From Basidiobolus meristosporus CBS 931.73 (Eukaryota; Fungi; Basidiobolomycota), in assembly GCA_002104905.1 (NCBI GenBank), contig MCFE01000571.1, positions 1-56,859 of the forward strand: a stretch of 56,859 bases of DNA, given 5' to 3'. Positions 24,011 through 36,173 of the stretch are shown here, in pieces; within the stretch, counting starts at the first letter, position 1, and the number at the start of each line of letters is the position of its first letter. The notes beneath the pieces were generated by a model. It worked only from the letters and a program-made list of their open reading frames with translations. It had not been told where the DNA came from and did no database searches. The translations under genes were made by a program, and so were the position numbers.

Positions 24011-27000
24011 TCAACACTCCCCCTCAACTAAATAATTTCTTAATCCCAATTTCTCTCTAAGGATCTCAAACTGTGGCCTAGCTAGTGGTTTTGTCAATAT
24101 GTCTGCCACCATTTTGTCAGTTGGGCAGTAAACCAGCTCTACTAAGTTATTTTCTACAGCTTCCCTCACAAAGTGATGCTGTATATCAATGTGCTTAGTT
24201 CTGGCATGCTTAGTAGGATTTCTAGCTAATGAAATACAACTTTGATTATCCTTGTAAATACATGTTGGTTCACCTGAATTAAAACCTAAGTCTTTGAATA
24301 ATTTTCGTAGCCATATAGCCTCCTTAGTTGCTTGACATGCAGCCATATATTCGGCTTCAGTTGTAGATAGTGCCACAGTTGGTTGTTTCTTGCAATTCCA
24401 AGTAATAGCTGCACCAGCATAAAGAAATACATAGCCTGTGGTAGAGCGTCTGTCAATCAGATCTCTACCCCAATCTGAATCACTATAACCATCAAATTTT
24501 CGCCTATTAGCTGCTCCAGAGTATTCCAGTACCATATTTATGGTACCTTGTAGATATCTGAAAATCCGCTTAACTGCTGCAATTTGATCTGATCCATAAT
24601 TCTGCATGAATTGACTGACTATTCCAACTGCTACTGCAATATCTGGACGTGTAGACACCATCAAGTACATTAGGCTACCGACCATTGATTGATAGGGAAA
24701 GTTTTGGTCCATATTTGAGCCGTTTTCATCCATAACTGGCTGAGATTTGCTTAATTTCAGGTTATTGTCCATAGGGGTTGCTGCAGGTTTGCAATTTTCC
24801 ATTTTGAAGCGTCTAAGAATGTCCCTGATGTACTTAGACTGATTCAGCACAATTTTCTGCGTAGGTATGTCAAATTTGACCTCAATTCCAAGAAAATAGC
24901 TCAATTTTCCAAGATCTTTCATCTCAAACTTGCTGAAGAGATCTGATTTCGTCTGTTTAAGTGCCTCTTGATCACTTGTAGCTATAATTAGGTCGTCCAC
25001 ATAAAGAACTAGGATGATCACACCCTTTTTGAGCTGTTTCACATATATACTGTGATCTGCAGTGCTACGAGAGAACCCAATTTCCTCTAGATATGTGTCA
25101 ATCTTGTTATACCATGCTCTGGGTGCCTGCTTAAGCCCATACAACGATTTTCTAAGTTTGCACACCTTATGGGGGCTTTTTGGATCGGTAAAACCTTCTG
25201 GTTGCTCCATATATATAGTTTCTTGCAAATCTCCATTTAGAAAGGCTGTTTTGACGTCCATTTGGTGTAGATCTAGACTGTGTACAGCTGCCAGGGCTAG
25301 AACTGTCCTAATAGAGTTAAACTTGGCAACCGGAGCAAATGTTTCCTTAAAGTCTAGTCCCTGGATCTGGGAATAGCCTTTAGCTACCAATCTAGCCTTG
25401 TACTTATCAACGGCACCATTTGAGGTTATCTTGATCTTATAGACCCATCTACATCCTATTGGCTTTCTCCCATTTGGTAAATCTACCAGTTCCCACGTTT
25501 TTGCCTTGATCAGTGATTGGTACTCCTCCTGCATGGCTTGTTGCCACTTAGTAGCATCTGGACCTTGCATTGCCTGTTCCAGATTCTGAGGTTCGGCACA
25601 TAAGGCAAGATAAGCTTCTTCATGATCATTGGATATCTGCCACCAGGATCCAGGGGCATTTCTTATTCTGGTAGATCTCCTAACTGGGATAATCTGTTCT
25701 GATCTGGAACTGGTAGAAGTATCTTCCATCTCTGGCTGGATTTGGTACGTATCTTCTTCATTTGTGTTGATTGCATCATCAGGCAGCTGGCCAATGATTT
25801 CTGTGGCTTTCTGATCTGAATTCTCCTCAAATACAACGTCCCTGCTCTTGATCAGCTTCTGAATTTCGCCATCATACACTCTATACCCTTTAGTACCTTC
25901 ACAATACCCAAGAAAGATCCCTTTTCTACTCTTTGGTTCCAACTTTGAGCGTTTTTTGTCAGGGATGTGATAAAAGACATCACTGCCAAAGATCCTGAGG
26001 TGCTGGAGATCTGGTTTTTTGCCTGTATATGCTTCAAAGGGTGTAGAATCACGTAGTGCTGTTGTTGGGCATCTGTTCTTGATGTATACAGCGGTAGCAA
26101 CAGATTCAGCCCAAAACTTGTAGTCCATTTCCTTATCATGTAGCATAGATCTTCCCATCTCTACTATTGTTCTGTTTGCACGTTCTGCTACTCCATTTTG
26201 CTGTGGAGTATGAGGAACTGTGGTCTGTTGAAGTATACCAGTAGACAAGCAGTATTTTGCAAACTCCTTTGAGCAGTATTCTCCTCCATTGTCACTTCGT
26301 AGTACCTTCAATTTACACCCAGTTTGTGTTTCTGCCATGTTCTTGAAGTGCTTAAACGTCTCTAAAGCTTCATCCTTTGTTTTGAGGAAGTACACCCATG
26401 TATATCTTGTCTTGTCATCAATAAACATCATAAAGTATCTCTTGGCTCCAAAGGACAGTGTTCTCATGGGGCCACATATGCCTGAGTGTACAATAGCCAA
26501 TATTTTGGTGGTATTGATGCCTTCTGAGCTCTTGAAACGTTGCCTAGCTTGTTTGCCATATGAACATCCTTTACAAACATTCAATTTGATCGGAATTGAG
26601 TATTTTAGGCCCAAAACAAGCTGATTTTTCACCAATTGGCTCATTTTCTGTTCCCCTATGTGTCCTAGCCTCCTATGCCACGTCTCCCAGTTGGTTTCAT
26701 CGGTTTCAGCAATGTTGACATACTCAGGTACAATGATCTTGCATTGTAACTTGTATATATTGTGATCTCTGATTCCCGAAGCTAATTTTTGTCCATTTTC
26801 ACTCAATATTGAGCAGCTCAGCTTAGTAAAAACAAATTTCAGTCCCTGAGTAGTTGCTTTACTGACTGAGAGTAGGTTCTTAGCTATTCCAGGTACATAG
26901 AGTACGTCAGTCAGTTTTGCTGTTGTTGCCCCTGAGTTATCACTCATATTTAGTTGTATGGACCCACTGGCGGTAGCTTCCAATGCAGAGTTATCTCCCA

Positions 27001-27928
27001 GATAAACCTTTCTTACGGGAATAGTCTTTAAGTTGCTGAACCAATCCTTTATACCACAAATATGCTGTGATGCTCCAGAGTCAATATACCATTCATTACT
27101 TCGGTTACTTGCACTCTCTTGTACAGTGACAAATAGCTGTTCATCAGTAGTTATATGGTTTGCCTGCTCTAGTTTCTGTTTTTTGTCTGCTTGTTTCTTC
27201 TTGCATTCTCTTGCCCAGTGTCCTGGCTTCTTACAGTAGTTACAGCAGCCAGGTTTTCTTCGGTTTTGTTGCTTTCCCTTCTTTTCTGTATGCCTTTCTG
27301 AACTGAATAAAGCATTATCTTCAATTTTCTCTGCTTGGTCATTACGTCTGAGTTCTTCATGGAGAAGTCTTCCTTTGACATAGTCTAAAGTCAAGTTGTC
27401 TTCTCTGCTTTCAAAAGAAAGTATGAGTGGCTCATACTCGTCTGGTAGGCTGCAAAGCAGACAGAGTATCTTTTCTTCATCATCTACACCAGCATTAATA
27501 CTGTAAAGTTCTTCTGCAAGTGTCTCCATTCTGGTAATGAGTTGTAGCATGTCATCATCTGGCTTTTTTTTCATGTTGAAGAACTTTTGTTTCAAATAAA
27601 GCTTGCTTGATACTGACTTTGCTCTAAAGATCTTCTCCAAGGATTCCCATGCTGCTTTGGCAGTATTTGAGGCATGGATTTGTCCAATGAAGGAGTCTTG
27701 CACATTGATGCATATTGCATTGAAGGCCTTTCTCTCCTTCTCTTGAAACTTCTCCACATCTTCTGCTGTTCCTTTGGGCTCAACTTCCTTTCCTGTTACT
27801 ATATTCCAAAGCTTTCTTTCCTCAAGGTGGATCTGCATCTTGATTCTCCAAAGTCTGTAGTTCTTCCCATCAAACCTCTCCTTTACAGGGAAGATGTTGG
27901 TATTGCTTTGTTTGCTGGTAGAAGTCAT
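24011..27928 (-). CDS. gag-pol: Copia Gag-Pol polyprotein (gag-PR-IN-RT-RH, 1305 aa)
   Basis: Uninterrupted ORF: CNYCKKPGHWAREC, WYIDSGASQH, WHRRLGH...CKGC, RSDNGGEY, QNGVAER, YVDD, YSDSDW, TEAEY. The first integrase Asp is replaced by Gly (VHSGICGP). Confidence 0.96.
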   Translation of the reverse strand: MTSTSKQSNTNIFPVKERFDGKNYRLWRIKMQIHLEERKLWNIVTGKEVEPKGTAEDVEKFQEKERKAFNAICINVQDSFIGQIHASNTAKAAWESLEKIFRAKSVSSKLYLKQKFFNMKKKPDDDMLQLITRMETLAEELYSINAGVDDEEKILCLLCSLPDEYEPLILSFESREDNLTLDYVKGRLLHEELRRNDQAEKIEDNALFSSERHTEKKGKQQNRRKPGCCNYCKKPGHWARECKKKQADKKQKLEQANHITTDEQLFVTVQESASNRSNEWYIDSGASQHICGIKDWFSNLKTIPVRKVYLGDNSALEATASGSIQLNMSDNSGATTAKLTDVLYVPGIAKNLLSVSKATTQGLKFVFTKLSCSILSENGQKLASGIRDHNIYKLQCKIIVPEYVNIAETDETNWETWHRRLGHIGEQKMSQLVKNQLVLGLKYSIPIKLNVCKGCSYGKQARQRFKSSEGINTTKILAIVHSGICGPMRTLSFGAKRYFMMFIDDKTRYTWVYFLKTKDEALETFKHFKNMAETQTGCKLKVLRSDNGGEYCSKEFAKYCLSTGILQQTTVPHTPQQNGVAERANRTIVEMGRSMLHDKEMDYKFWAESVATAVYIKNRCPTTALRDSTPFEAYTGKKPDLQHLRIFGSDVFYHIPDKKRSKLEPKSRKGIFLGYCEGTKGYRVYDGEIQKLIKSRDVVFEENSDQKATEIIGQLPDDAINTNEEDTYQIQPEMEDTSTSSRSEQIIPVRRSTRIRNAPGSWWQISNDHEEAYLALCAEPQNLEQAMQGPDATKWQQAMQEEYQSLIKAKTWELVDLPNGRKPIGCRWVYKIKITSNGAVDKYKARLVAKGYSQIQGLDFKETFAPVAKFNSIRTVLALAAVHSLDLHQMDVKTAFLNGDLQETIYMEQPEGFTDPKSPHKVCKLRKSLYGLKQAPRAWYNKIDTYLEEIGFSRSTADHSIYVKQLKKGVIILVLYVDDLIIATSDQEALKQTKSDLFSKFEMKDLGKLSYFLGIEVKFDIPTQKIVLNQSKYIRDILRRFKMENCKPAATPMDNNLKLSKSQPVMDENGSNMDQNFPYQSMVGSLMYLMVSTRPDIAVAVGIVSQFMQNYGSDQIAAVKRIFRYLQGTINMVLEYSGAANRRKFDGYSDSDWGRDLIDRRSTTGYVFLYAGAAITWNCKKQPTVALSTTEAEYMAACQATKEAIWLRKLFKDLGFNSGEPTCIYKDNQSCISLARNPTKHARTKHIDIQHHFVREAVENNLVELVYCPTDKMVADILTKPLARPQFEILREKLGLRNYLVEGEC

Positions 27929-27952
27929 CTTTAGAATAGATTAAGGCAATCG

Positions 27953-27964
27953 GGGCTCATAACC
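27953..27964 (-). promoter_or_regulatory. Copia PBS GGTTATGAGCCC
   Basis: Directly abuts the 5' LTR and resembles the PBS of copia elements primed by an internal tRNA-iMet fragment. Confidence 0.85.
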
Positions 27965-29149
27965 TGTTGCAATTTAAGAAGTGATTTGGATATAAGGAAC
28001 TTATCAAGAAATAGTGATAATAGTTGAACTGTTGTTTATTCATAAAGAAGCTCAGTATTTATACCTTTGTAGAAGTAATACAGCTGCAACACTAAGTAGG
28101 GAGGGTTTCTCAATATTCAGGAGCATTCTGTAACAGTTTCAGGGTTAGTACATAATGTTTCGTAATAGTGCTAATTTGATCCTGACTATAGGGGAATAAT
28201 CATAAGATCATATATCTGGAGAAAGTGGCGAAGTAAAGGCAGTAAATGAGTCCTACAGTGACTAAGACTAGCCTAGAATTGTTAAGTAAATTTTTAGCTG
28301 CTGAATGATACCAAATAGTCCAATATTTCAACATCCCCCCAACAACACATAACAGCTATATAGAGAGGTTGATGCACCATATTGCCTACCTATACTTAAA
28401 AATATTTGAAAATGTTGCCAAACATCCTCCCCATGCACCTAAAAATTAGAAACTAACAAGACAAAAGTAGAAACCAGGGAATAAGAGGTATGACTAAGCC
28501 ATTACAGGCCTCAAGTTTTGCCCTCAATTTACACCCTAATTGATTGGTCCTTGCACCATTATCAATTTGGACTATAGACCAAAGTACAACATCACCCTGG
28601 ATAATAGGACAATCAGCAATGTGCCCATCTAAAACAGTTCATTTCATGATCCACTGATCATCACCAAGACCAAAGTGTTATTAAACAATCATCAGGACAA
28701 GGACTGAGAATGACACAGAATATGTACAGGGTTTATTAGAGGAGATTCTGATTGATATAGGTACAAATGAATTTCGCATGGAGGTTTGCCCACAAGGGAG
28801 CAGAAAAGAATTTACATGCAAAGTATTAAAGGAAAGAGTTCACCTAAAACTGGCTATACTCCCTCTAGCAGCAACAATCAAGACAACATCAAAAAAAAGA
28901 TGGACCTGCTGGTGTTGAGAGATGTGACACAAATATAATGTGCAACAGGAAGCACCTAAAAGGAGACATTTGCCAGTAAAGTCATGCTAATACACAGCAC
29001 AGTTAGGCAGGGACATGACAAGTTACCAACACAATCAGTACATGGAGATACTACCCAAAAAGTCAGTATACCACTTGTGAAGAGGTTCTTGAGTTATTAA
29101 GATTAGTAAAAAACAATTTGGTCCATGAGTTGCTCTAATCCAGATCAGT

Positions 29150-31250
29150 TGTGAAGATTCCATCAGGAGACCACAATGATACCAGTGGCTCTGAATTAAT
29201 GACCATCTACACAATCTTGTGATGGGATCACAATGGCCTTTTGCTAATTTGTCAGCCAAATAAAGTTGTTAAAATATATTGGTGTTTGTACATTTTTTTG
29301 GCAAGGGTGGCATGGCATTGTTGCATTCTTAGCTCGCTTTACAGATATTAGAGTAGATCTAACAGACCAGTACATCCAATTGCCTTATATGGCAAGAAAC
29401 CTGATGGTTTTTTGATGGCCTCATTGCAAGCTCTGATGGCTTTATTGCAGCAGTATATCTTTTTAGTGTGTTGCTTGCCAAGTTGCCATCTATTTTGCAT
29501 TGCTGGTAAAATATACATCTTGCAAACATTTGCTTAGTTGTTGCATATTTGCCATAAATACCTCCTGAATATTTGCAACATACTTGGTATTTGGCCAATA
29601 TATTCCTTCTCCCAGCTTGATTCTAATCCCCCTTATAGGTGTGTTCTGGCTCATGTCTGTGTGAATTCCATATTAAATGGTGTAAAAGTTAGCTTGTGAC
29701 CACAAGAAATCCAGCATACTTTGGTAGAGTTTTTCTAATAGAAATTAGTTGCTTGTTGCACCCAACCCAACTTTGCATTACCTGATTGATTACACACACA
29801 TTGAGGCTGCTTAGCTTCTTAATGCCATAGGCATAGATGTCTCCATGAGCACATCTGTACTCAGTATTTTCCAGCTCTTCCTGGCTGTCCTCCATTTGCC
29901 AACTCTTCACATCCATGACAGACTTGAAGGTATTATTCTTGATGAGATTGGGTTATGGTAGTGCCTGCAACTTGATTCATCTTCCCATTTCCCCACACAT
30001 CTGCATCATAGGAAGCTCCCAAAAGGTAAAGCAAGGCCCAACATTCTCCACACACTGTGCACATTGGAGTAGAGAATGGATACATTAGAGGCAGAGATCT
30101 ACATGCTCAGCTCTATGTTTGCAACATAGCCGCCCAAATCCCATTACTAACTCTTTGCAAAGCAGCTGTAGATGTGTCAAGTTGGCATGGGCAATCCACT
30201 TCTTGATATATATCCCTGCAATGTCCTCATATGACTCCCAATGCTTCCAGTGCTCTCTTAATAGAAATGGCTTCAGTAGGACACTTAAATAAATAGATAT
30301 CCAGTTCATCTAGTCCTTGCACTTGTATTGTTAAGTGTGCAAATGAATGTTGATTGAAGCCTGTAAGAAGCACTTAGGGTATCAGAGACTCTCTATTTTC
30401 TTGCCTATTCATTCAAGTTTCTTCAGTAACTCAAAGGCTCATTTAGCTTGAAATGCTCCATGCACAACTTGGTCATTGTTAAAGGGATACTGTAGAAAAG
30501 TGATTGCATTGCTCTCAGAGGAAAGCTTTTGCCCCAGCAGATACCCACTACCTTAGGTGTCTTTGGTTTCTGACTAAATCCATATTCTGACCAATGGCTT
30601 TTAGCTTACCAGCTTTGCTGCAATTATGTGCTGACTTCTCTGTGTTCTCTCTGTGGGAATCTGATGCTGATTGTGTTGGTATTTGGACAATAGTGATGTG
30701 TGTGAGCTATGGAGTAAGTCCAATGGATCTCCCACATGAGATAGCAATACCATCCATTGTGCCCAGAAAAGTTGGCTATATTGCTGATGGCTAGGATATC
30801 TCCAAAGCAGATAATAATATATGGTTTTACATGACAGCCGTTTATTGTTATCCCACTGGAAAGTATACAAAGTTCATTGAGCAATGAATACCAGTAGCTA
30901 CCCAGGTTGGATGGTGATTTAGGCTGAGGTACCAGTGAGATAGCCATCAGATTTCTGCTCTAATACTGTAAGATAGGCAGCAGATTCAGGTTAACAAGAA
31001 TTGGTGGCCAGCAGGATTTGGTGATAGTGTACTTGTTCAATGGGAAAACATCAGGTGCCAAGGAAAAGGCATGGTCAAACATACCATCAGAATTGCCCTT
31101 GCTTTGTGGCTGTTTATAATGTTTGCCATCATACATATCTGATATGTTTGCAAATGATTGATACTGAGTGCAGTACTTTATAGCTTCACAATATTTGTTA
31201 GATTGCATGAGCTTCTTTACACAGAGCATTCCAGGAATATATCCAGAGTG
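29150..31250 (-). pseudogene. CACTA/En-Spm transposase remnant (Transposase_21-like)
   Basis: SDMYDGKHYK, SCWPPILVNLNLLP, PKSPSNLGSYWYSLLNEL, FGDILAISNIANFSGHNG and GPCFTFWELPM..MCG resemble En/Spm Tnp2 motifs. Confidence 0.82.
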
Positions 31251-31890
31251 TGAAGAATGTTTTCCCCAAATGGCTGGGGATTCTTGACAAGTTGGTCAAC
31301 CTTGCAATTGTGGCTCTAGTACCCATTACAAGCAGGGCCAAAGCCCCAAACCAGCATCAAAGAGGCATCAGGTTGCTGGAAGAGTGCCAATAAGGGAAAA
31401 GCAGGTAGACACAGATGCACCAGCTCAGCATTTATTATGGAAAAGTGTAGTTCTAATCAAGAAGCATTCATCCAAAGTAGCAGTGAAGGACCAAGCTGTC
31501 ATAAAAACAAGCAGCTACCTCAGAAGCCTGTTGCAGCATAGGCCAAGAGCTTAAAACAAGCAAGAAAGCAGTGTCAGATTGCTTGCAGATTGCCAGCAAG
31601 GAACATGCATACCAAACAGATGCATCAGAGCAACATTTATCAAGGTAAAACTTATTTAATACTAGAAGCACTCAGACAAAGTAGCAGTGAAAGACCTGGC
31701 AGTGATAGGGAAAATGGTAAAGGGCAAAAAGTCCACCCAAGCCAGTGATAGGGAAGTGTAAGAAAAAAGCTGCCATTCTGGCCAAATAATACTTTATGCA
31801 TGGAAAAGACTGGATTCAATCATAGCCAAGAAGAATTCCCAACAAGATAACAGCTGCTTTTATAAGAGTTGGTAGTGCAGCCAGTTGAGC

Positions 31891-34800
31891 TGCTATGATC
31901 TGCCGCTTGAATGTTTAATTTAGATCAGTTTTTAGTCAAACCAATTAGTATATGTTTAGGTTATCAGTATATCAGTATTATCTATCAAATTGGTAGCATT
32001 AGTGAGCAAATGAATCAGCAGATCCTTATCAGACAGAAATAGATATATTAAGTAGGATATTGTTGGGTGATGATGATACAATCAAATGAGTCATCAGCCA
32101 CAACCTACATTAGGAAATACAATTAGTCAGCAATTGATCTGGCAAAATGTATATAAGGAGCTGCTGGAACCTCAATAAAAATCAGTTCAAGTTATAGTGA
32201 ATACAATACTAGCTAAACTCCCTATTCCTCTACAACTCTTATACCAAGACTTGTAACATTGGTAGCAGCAATAACCAGAAACCTCCCTCCTGAAGAAAGA
32301 AGAAACCACCCTCAAGATGTCGGACAATCAAGAATGGAAGAATGCCATGCAGCAAATCCTGGCCCAACAGCAACAGTTACTCCAGGTCCTCAGCCAACAG
32401 CAACAAGGAATGACTACCATGGCTCAGAGCTAGCAGAGCCCTGTTAAGAGCAATTATAGTGTGAAGGTCAACCAGTACCATGGCAGAGTCAATGAAAACC
32501 TGGGAACTTGGCTCTTTCAGATTGAAGAAGCTCTTAAAGCTAAAGGAATTGCTCCAGAAAGCAAGTTGTTTTGTGCAGCTTCTTACCTGGCAGATGCAAC
32601 CTTACAGTGGTACCACAATAAGATCAGGTCAGCCACTATGATGGGATGCTCTACAATCTCTACCTGGAATGAGTTTGTGTCAGAAATTCAGGATGCTTTT
32701 GAGCCTCCACACTAGCAGACACTAATAAGAAGGAAGTTAAATACACTCAGACAAAAAGGAATGGTGCAAGAATACATCCATGAGTACAGATGTCTACTTG
32801 GACAAGTTGAAAGAATGGACCCCCTGGCTCAAGTTAAATACTTTACTGAGGGGTTGAAAGAAAGAATTTGCAAGGAAGTGAATTATTGAAGACATCAGAC
32901 TTTTGAAGAAGCCATCAAGATTGCCATTGACTATGACTCAGCTATGTTTGGAGTTGGGAAGCCTACAGTGACTAACAAGAAAGGGTGTAATCATTATGAA
33001 AGAAGACAGTCAGAAGCAGTACCAATAGAAATAGACGCTATGCAGAAGAATCCTACCTCAGTAGAATGAAAGAAGAAAGGACTTTGCTTCAATTGCCACC
33101 AGCAAGGATATATTGCAAAGTACTGCCCCAAGAGAAGAAATGGACACCAGCCATTGAGAACCTTTAACCGTATTGAGGCCATGGAGCATAGTTACATGGA
33201 GGATGAGCTTGAAGAAGACTCAGAACTCACCTTCCACATAACAGAAGAATACCTATCTCAGATGACCTCAAACTCAGGAAAGCTATTATACTTGAATGGA
33301 GTAATCAATGGAGTACCTGTCAAGATCATGATTGACTCAGGAGCATTGCATGAGTATGTGTCAGAGCAATTTGCTCCAAAAGCTGGAATCAACTCAGAAC
33401 CTACCAAATCAACTTCAGTCTCAACAGCTGATGGGAACTCTCACATAATCAACCATATTACTCAGCCAGTAAGAATGAAGATCAATGACTTTGAAGAAGA
33501 CCTTCAGGCTTATATATTTGGTAACTGCAAGTTTGACCTTGTACTTGAAAAAACCTGGCTATTTTGCCGTAATGCATCAATCAACTGGAGAACTAATGCT
33601 ACTCAGATCCAAAAAGACAACAAGACCTATGAGCTATTACCTGCCAGGCTGGATTTCAACTTGGTCAATTCCAGTATGGGTGAGACAAGTGAACTTAGCA
33701 AGACCAAGTTCTGTAGAGCGCTTAGTAAAGGTACCCATATGTTCCTCATGGCAGTATTACAGGAGGATTCCACTACCCCAGCACCCCAGCAGGTCCAGGC
33801 TCTCTTGAAGAAATATTCAGATGTGTTTCTAGATGAGCTTGTAAGCTTACCACCAGCCAGAGATGTGGATCATGCCAATGACACAGGAGATAGCCCTCCA
33901 GTGCGCAAGATAGCTTACAGAATGAGTCCATTGGAATTGGAGGAAATGAAGAGACAAATTGATCAGCTATTGGAGCAAGGATACATCAGACCCAGCAAGT
34001 CACCTTGGGTGCACCAGTGCTTTTTGTGAAAAAGAAGGATGGAACACTTAGGATGTGCATTGACTACAGAGCCCTGAACTCAGTTACCGTCAAGAATAAG
34101 TACCCCATACCTCAGATTGATGAGCTTTTGGACCAACTTAATGGAGCTACTATTTTCAGCAAGATTGACCTCATGTCAGAGTACAACCAGATTAAGGTGA
34201 AGCCAGAAGACATCCCAAAGACAGCATTCAGGACCAGATATGGACATTACAAGTACTTAGTCATGAGTTTTGGCCTCACCATGCCCCTGCAACTTTCATG
34301 ACCCTGATGCAGACTGTCTTCCAGGAGTACTTAGACAAGTTTGTCATAATCTACCTAGATGATATACTGATATATTAGCAAGACAGAAGAGGATCACTTG
34401 ATGCACATTGAAAAGGTCTTGAAGAAGTTAATAGAGAACAAACTCTATGGCAAGCTAGCCAAGTGCAAATTCTCCAAGGAACACGTTGAATTTCTGGGAC
34501 ACATAGTGACTAGCACAGGAGTAACCTTAGATCCTAACAAGGTGGAGGTAATTAAGAATCTGAAGCAGCCCCATAGCATATCAGAGCTCAGATCATTCCT
34601 TAGAATGGTTTCCTATTATTGAAGATTTGTAGTACACGATGAAGCACTCTACCAAATTGTTGATGGAAGCCCTATTGCCTATTGCCCTTATGTTTCTTGC
34701 CTGGATTTGATACATAAGCTACACAATGGATATGGACATCTTGGAATTGACAGAACCTATAGTCTTATGAAAGCCAAAGCATGGTGGCCCATAATGAAAC

Positions 34801-36173
34801 AAGACATTGAGAAGCTAGTGAAAACATGCCCAAATTGCCAAAACAACCAATGCCAATCACAGAGAATTGCCTAACTCTTTCCCTTGGAGCCTGTAAGTCC
34901 ATTTGAAAGATGGGGAATTGACTTTATTGGAAGACTGCCAACTACCAGGAAATGCAACTGTTGGATCCTAGTAGCAATTGACCATGCCACTAAATGGCCA
35001 GTTGCTAAAGCTGTACCAATAGCCGGTGAACAAGAAGTTGCAAGTTTCATTTACCATGAGATCCTGATGAAGTTTGGATGCCCTGTGGAGATCTTATCCA
35101 ATAGAGGAGCAAACTTTATGGCAATGACATTAGAGGCTTACCTGGAAATTCAGCAGATCAGACACTTGAAAGCCTTGGCATATGACCCCAGAACTAATGG
35201 AGTCACTGAGCGGTTTAATGGATTATTTGGAAAAATGCGGACCAAGTATGCAAATGGAGTTGTCAGTAAATGGGATGAGTATATAGACCAAGCACTCTTT
35301 GCATGCAGAGTCAGAGTACACAACACCACCCAGCAATCACCATTTTACTTAGTGTATGGATGGGAACCAAGAATTCCAGGAGATCTCACACAACCAAAGC
35401 TTACAGACACCTTAGAAGATGAACTCAGTCAGCCAAGTAGACACCAGCAACTGGAACAAAGACGTCAAGAGGCACAGACCAAAGTATCTCAAAGTGCAGA
35501 AAAGATGAAGCAGAGATCTGATAAGACTATAGCACCAGAAGCATTGACAGTTGGGAACTTTGTATTGCTCAGAAACAACACTTGGAAGAAGTTTGAGCCA
35601 CAATGGATAGGACCATTCAAGATCATCAGAGAATGTCCATTTGCAACTTACCAACTGGTGGACAAACAAGGCAATATCCGGGAAGACTTAGTGCATAGGG
35701 ACAGACTCAAGCTTGCAAGACTTGCTGATAATACTGAACCATCATGATATTGGTATCATAAGAAAAGAGATTCAGGAGAACCCTCTCAACTTTAGTAGGG
35801 GTGAATGTTATGATCTGCTGCTTGAATGTTTAAGTTAGATTGGCTTTTAGTCAAATCAATTAGTATATGTTTAGGTTATCATTATATCAGTATTATCTAT
35901 CAAATTGGTAGCATTAGTCAGCAAATAAATCAGCAGATCCTTATCAGACAGAAATAGATATATTAAGTAGAATCTTATTGGGTGATGATGATGCAATCAA
36001 ATGAGTCATCAGCCACAACCTACATTAGGATATGTAATTAGTCAGCAATTGATATGGCAAAATTGTATATAAGGAGCTGCTGGAACCTCAATAAAGATCA
36101 GTTCAAGTTTTAGTGAATACAATACTAGCTAAGCTCCCTATTTCTCTACAACTCTTATACCAAGACTTGTACA
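31891..36173 (+). mobile_element. Gypsy A2 (older copy, RNase H deleted)
   Basis: LTRs at 31891-32258 and 35806-36173 with ~24 differences by hand count. TSD GAGC/AAGC, PBS at 32260-32271. Stops, a frameshift and a 654-bp deletion at ~34625. Confidence 0.95.
32150..32179 (+). promoter_or_regulatory. Gypsy A LTR TATA box (TATATAA) and AATAAA signal
   Basis: TATATAA at 32150-32156 and AATAAA at 32174-32179; both motifs recur in the other A LTRs that span this region. Confidence 0.55.

Larger units (their letters stand above)
23648..28333 (-). mobile_element. Young full-length Ty1/copia retrotransposon (4686 bp)
   Basis: 369-bp TG...CA LTRs at 23648-24016 and 27965-28333 with one mismatch (23844 G vs 28161 C). 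5-bp TSD TCCCC, PBS GGTTATGAGCCC, PPT GAGGGGGAG. Confidence 0.98.
20050..28700 (+). mobile_element. Old degenerate gypsy G (pol remnant), host to the C2 LTR, A solo LTR and intact copia
   Basis: RT remnant WASPALI...IDNLLNRLVGAKYFSSLDIISRYWQ (21601-21813) and integrase remnant ISQHGYPQILLTNIG (23231-23449). Continues after 28338. Ends uncertain. Confidence 0.75.

Noticed and set aside
25062-25376. Antisense ORFs within the young copia as an extra gene
   Set aside because: Short, with no motif; expected by chance opposite a long ORF.
32157-32271. Tf1-like self-priming of gypsy A
   Set aside because: Complementarity between the PBS and the LTR downstream of the TATA box is only ~6 nt (GCTGCT); a tRNA 3' end fits better.
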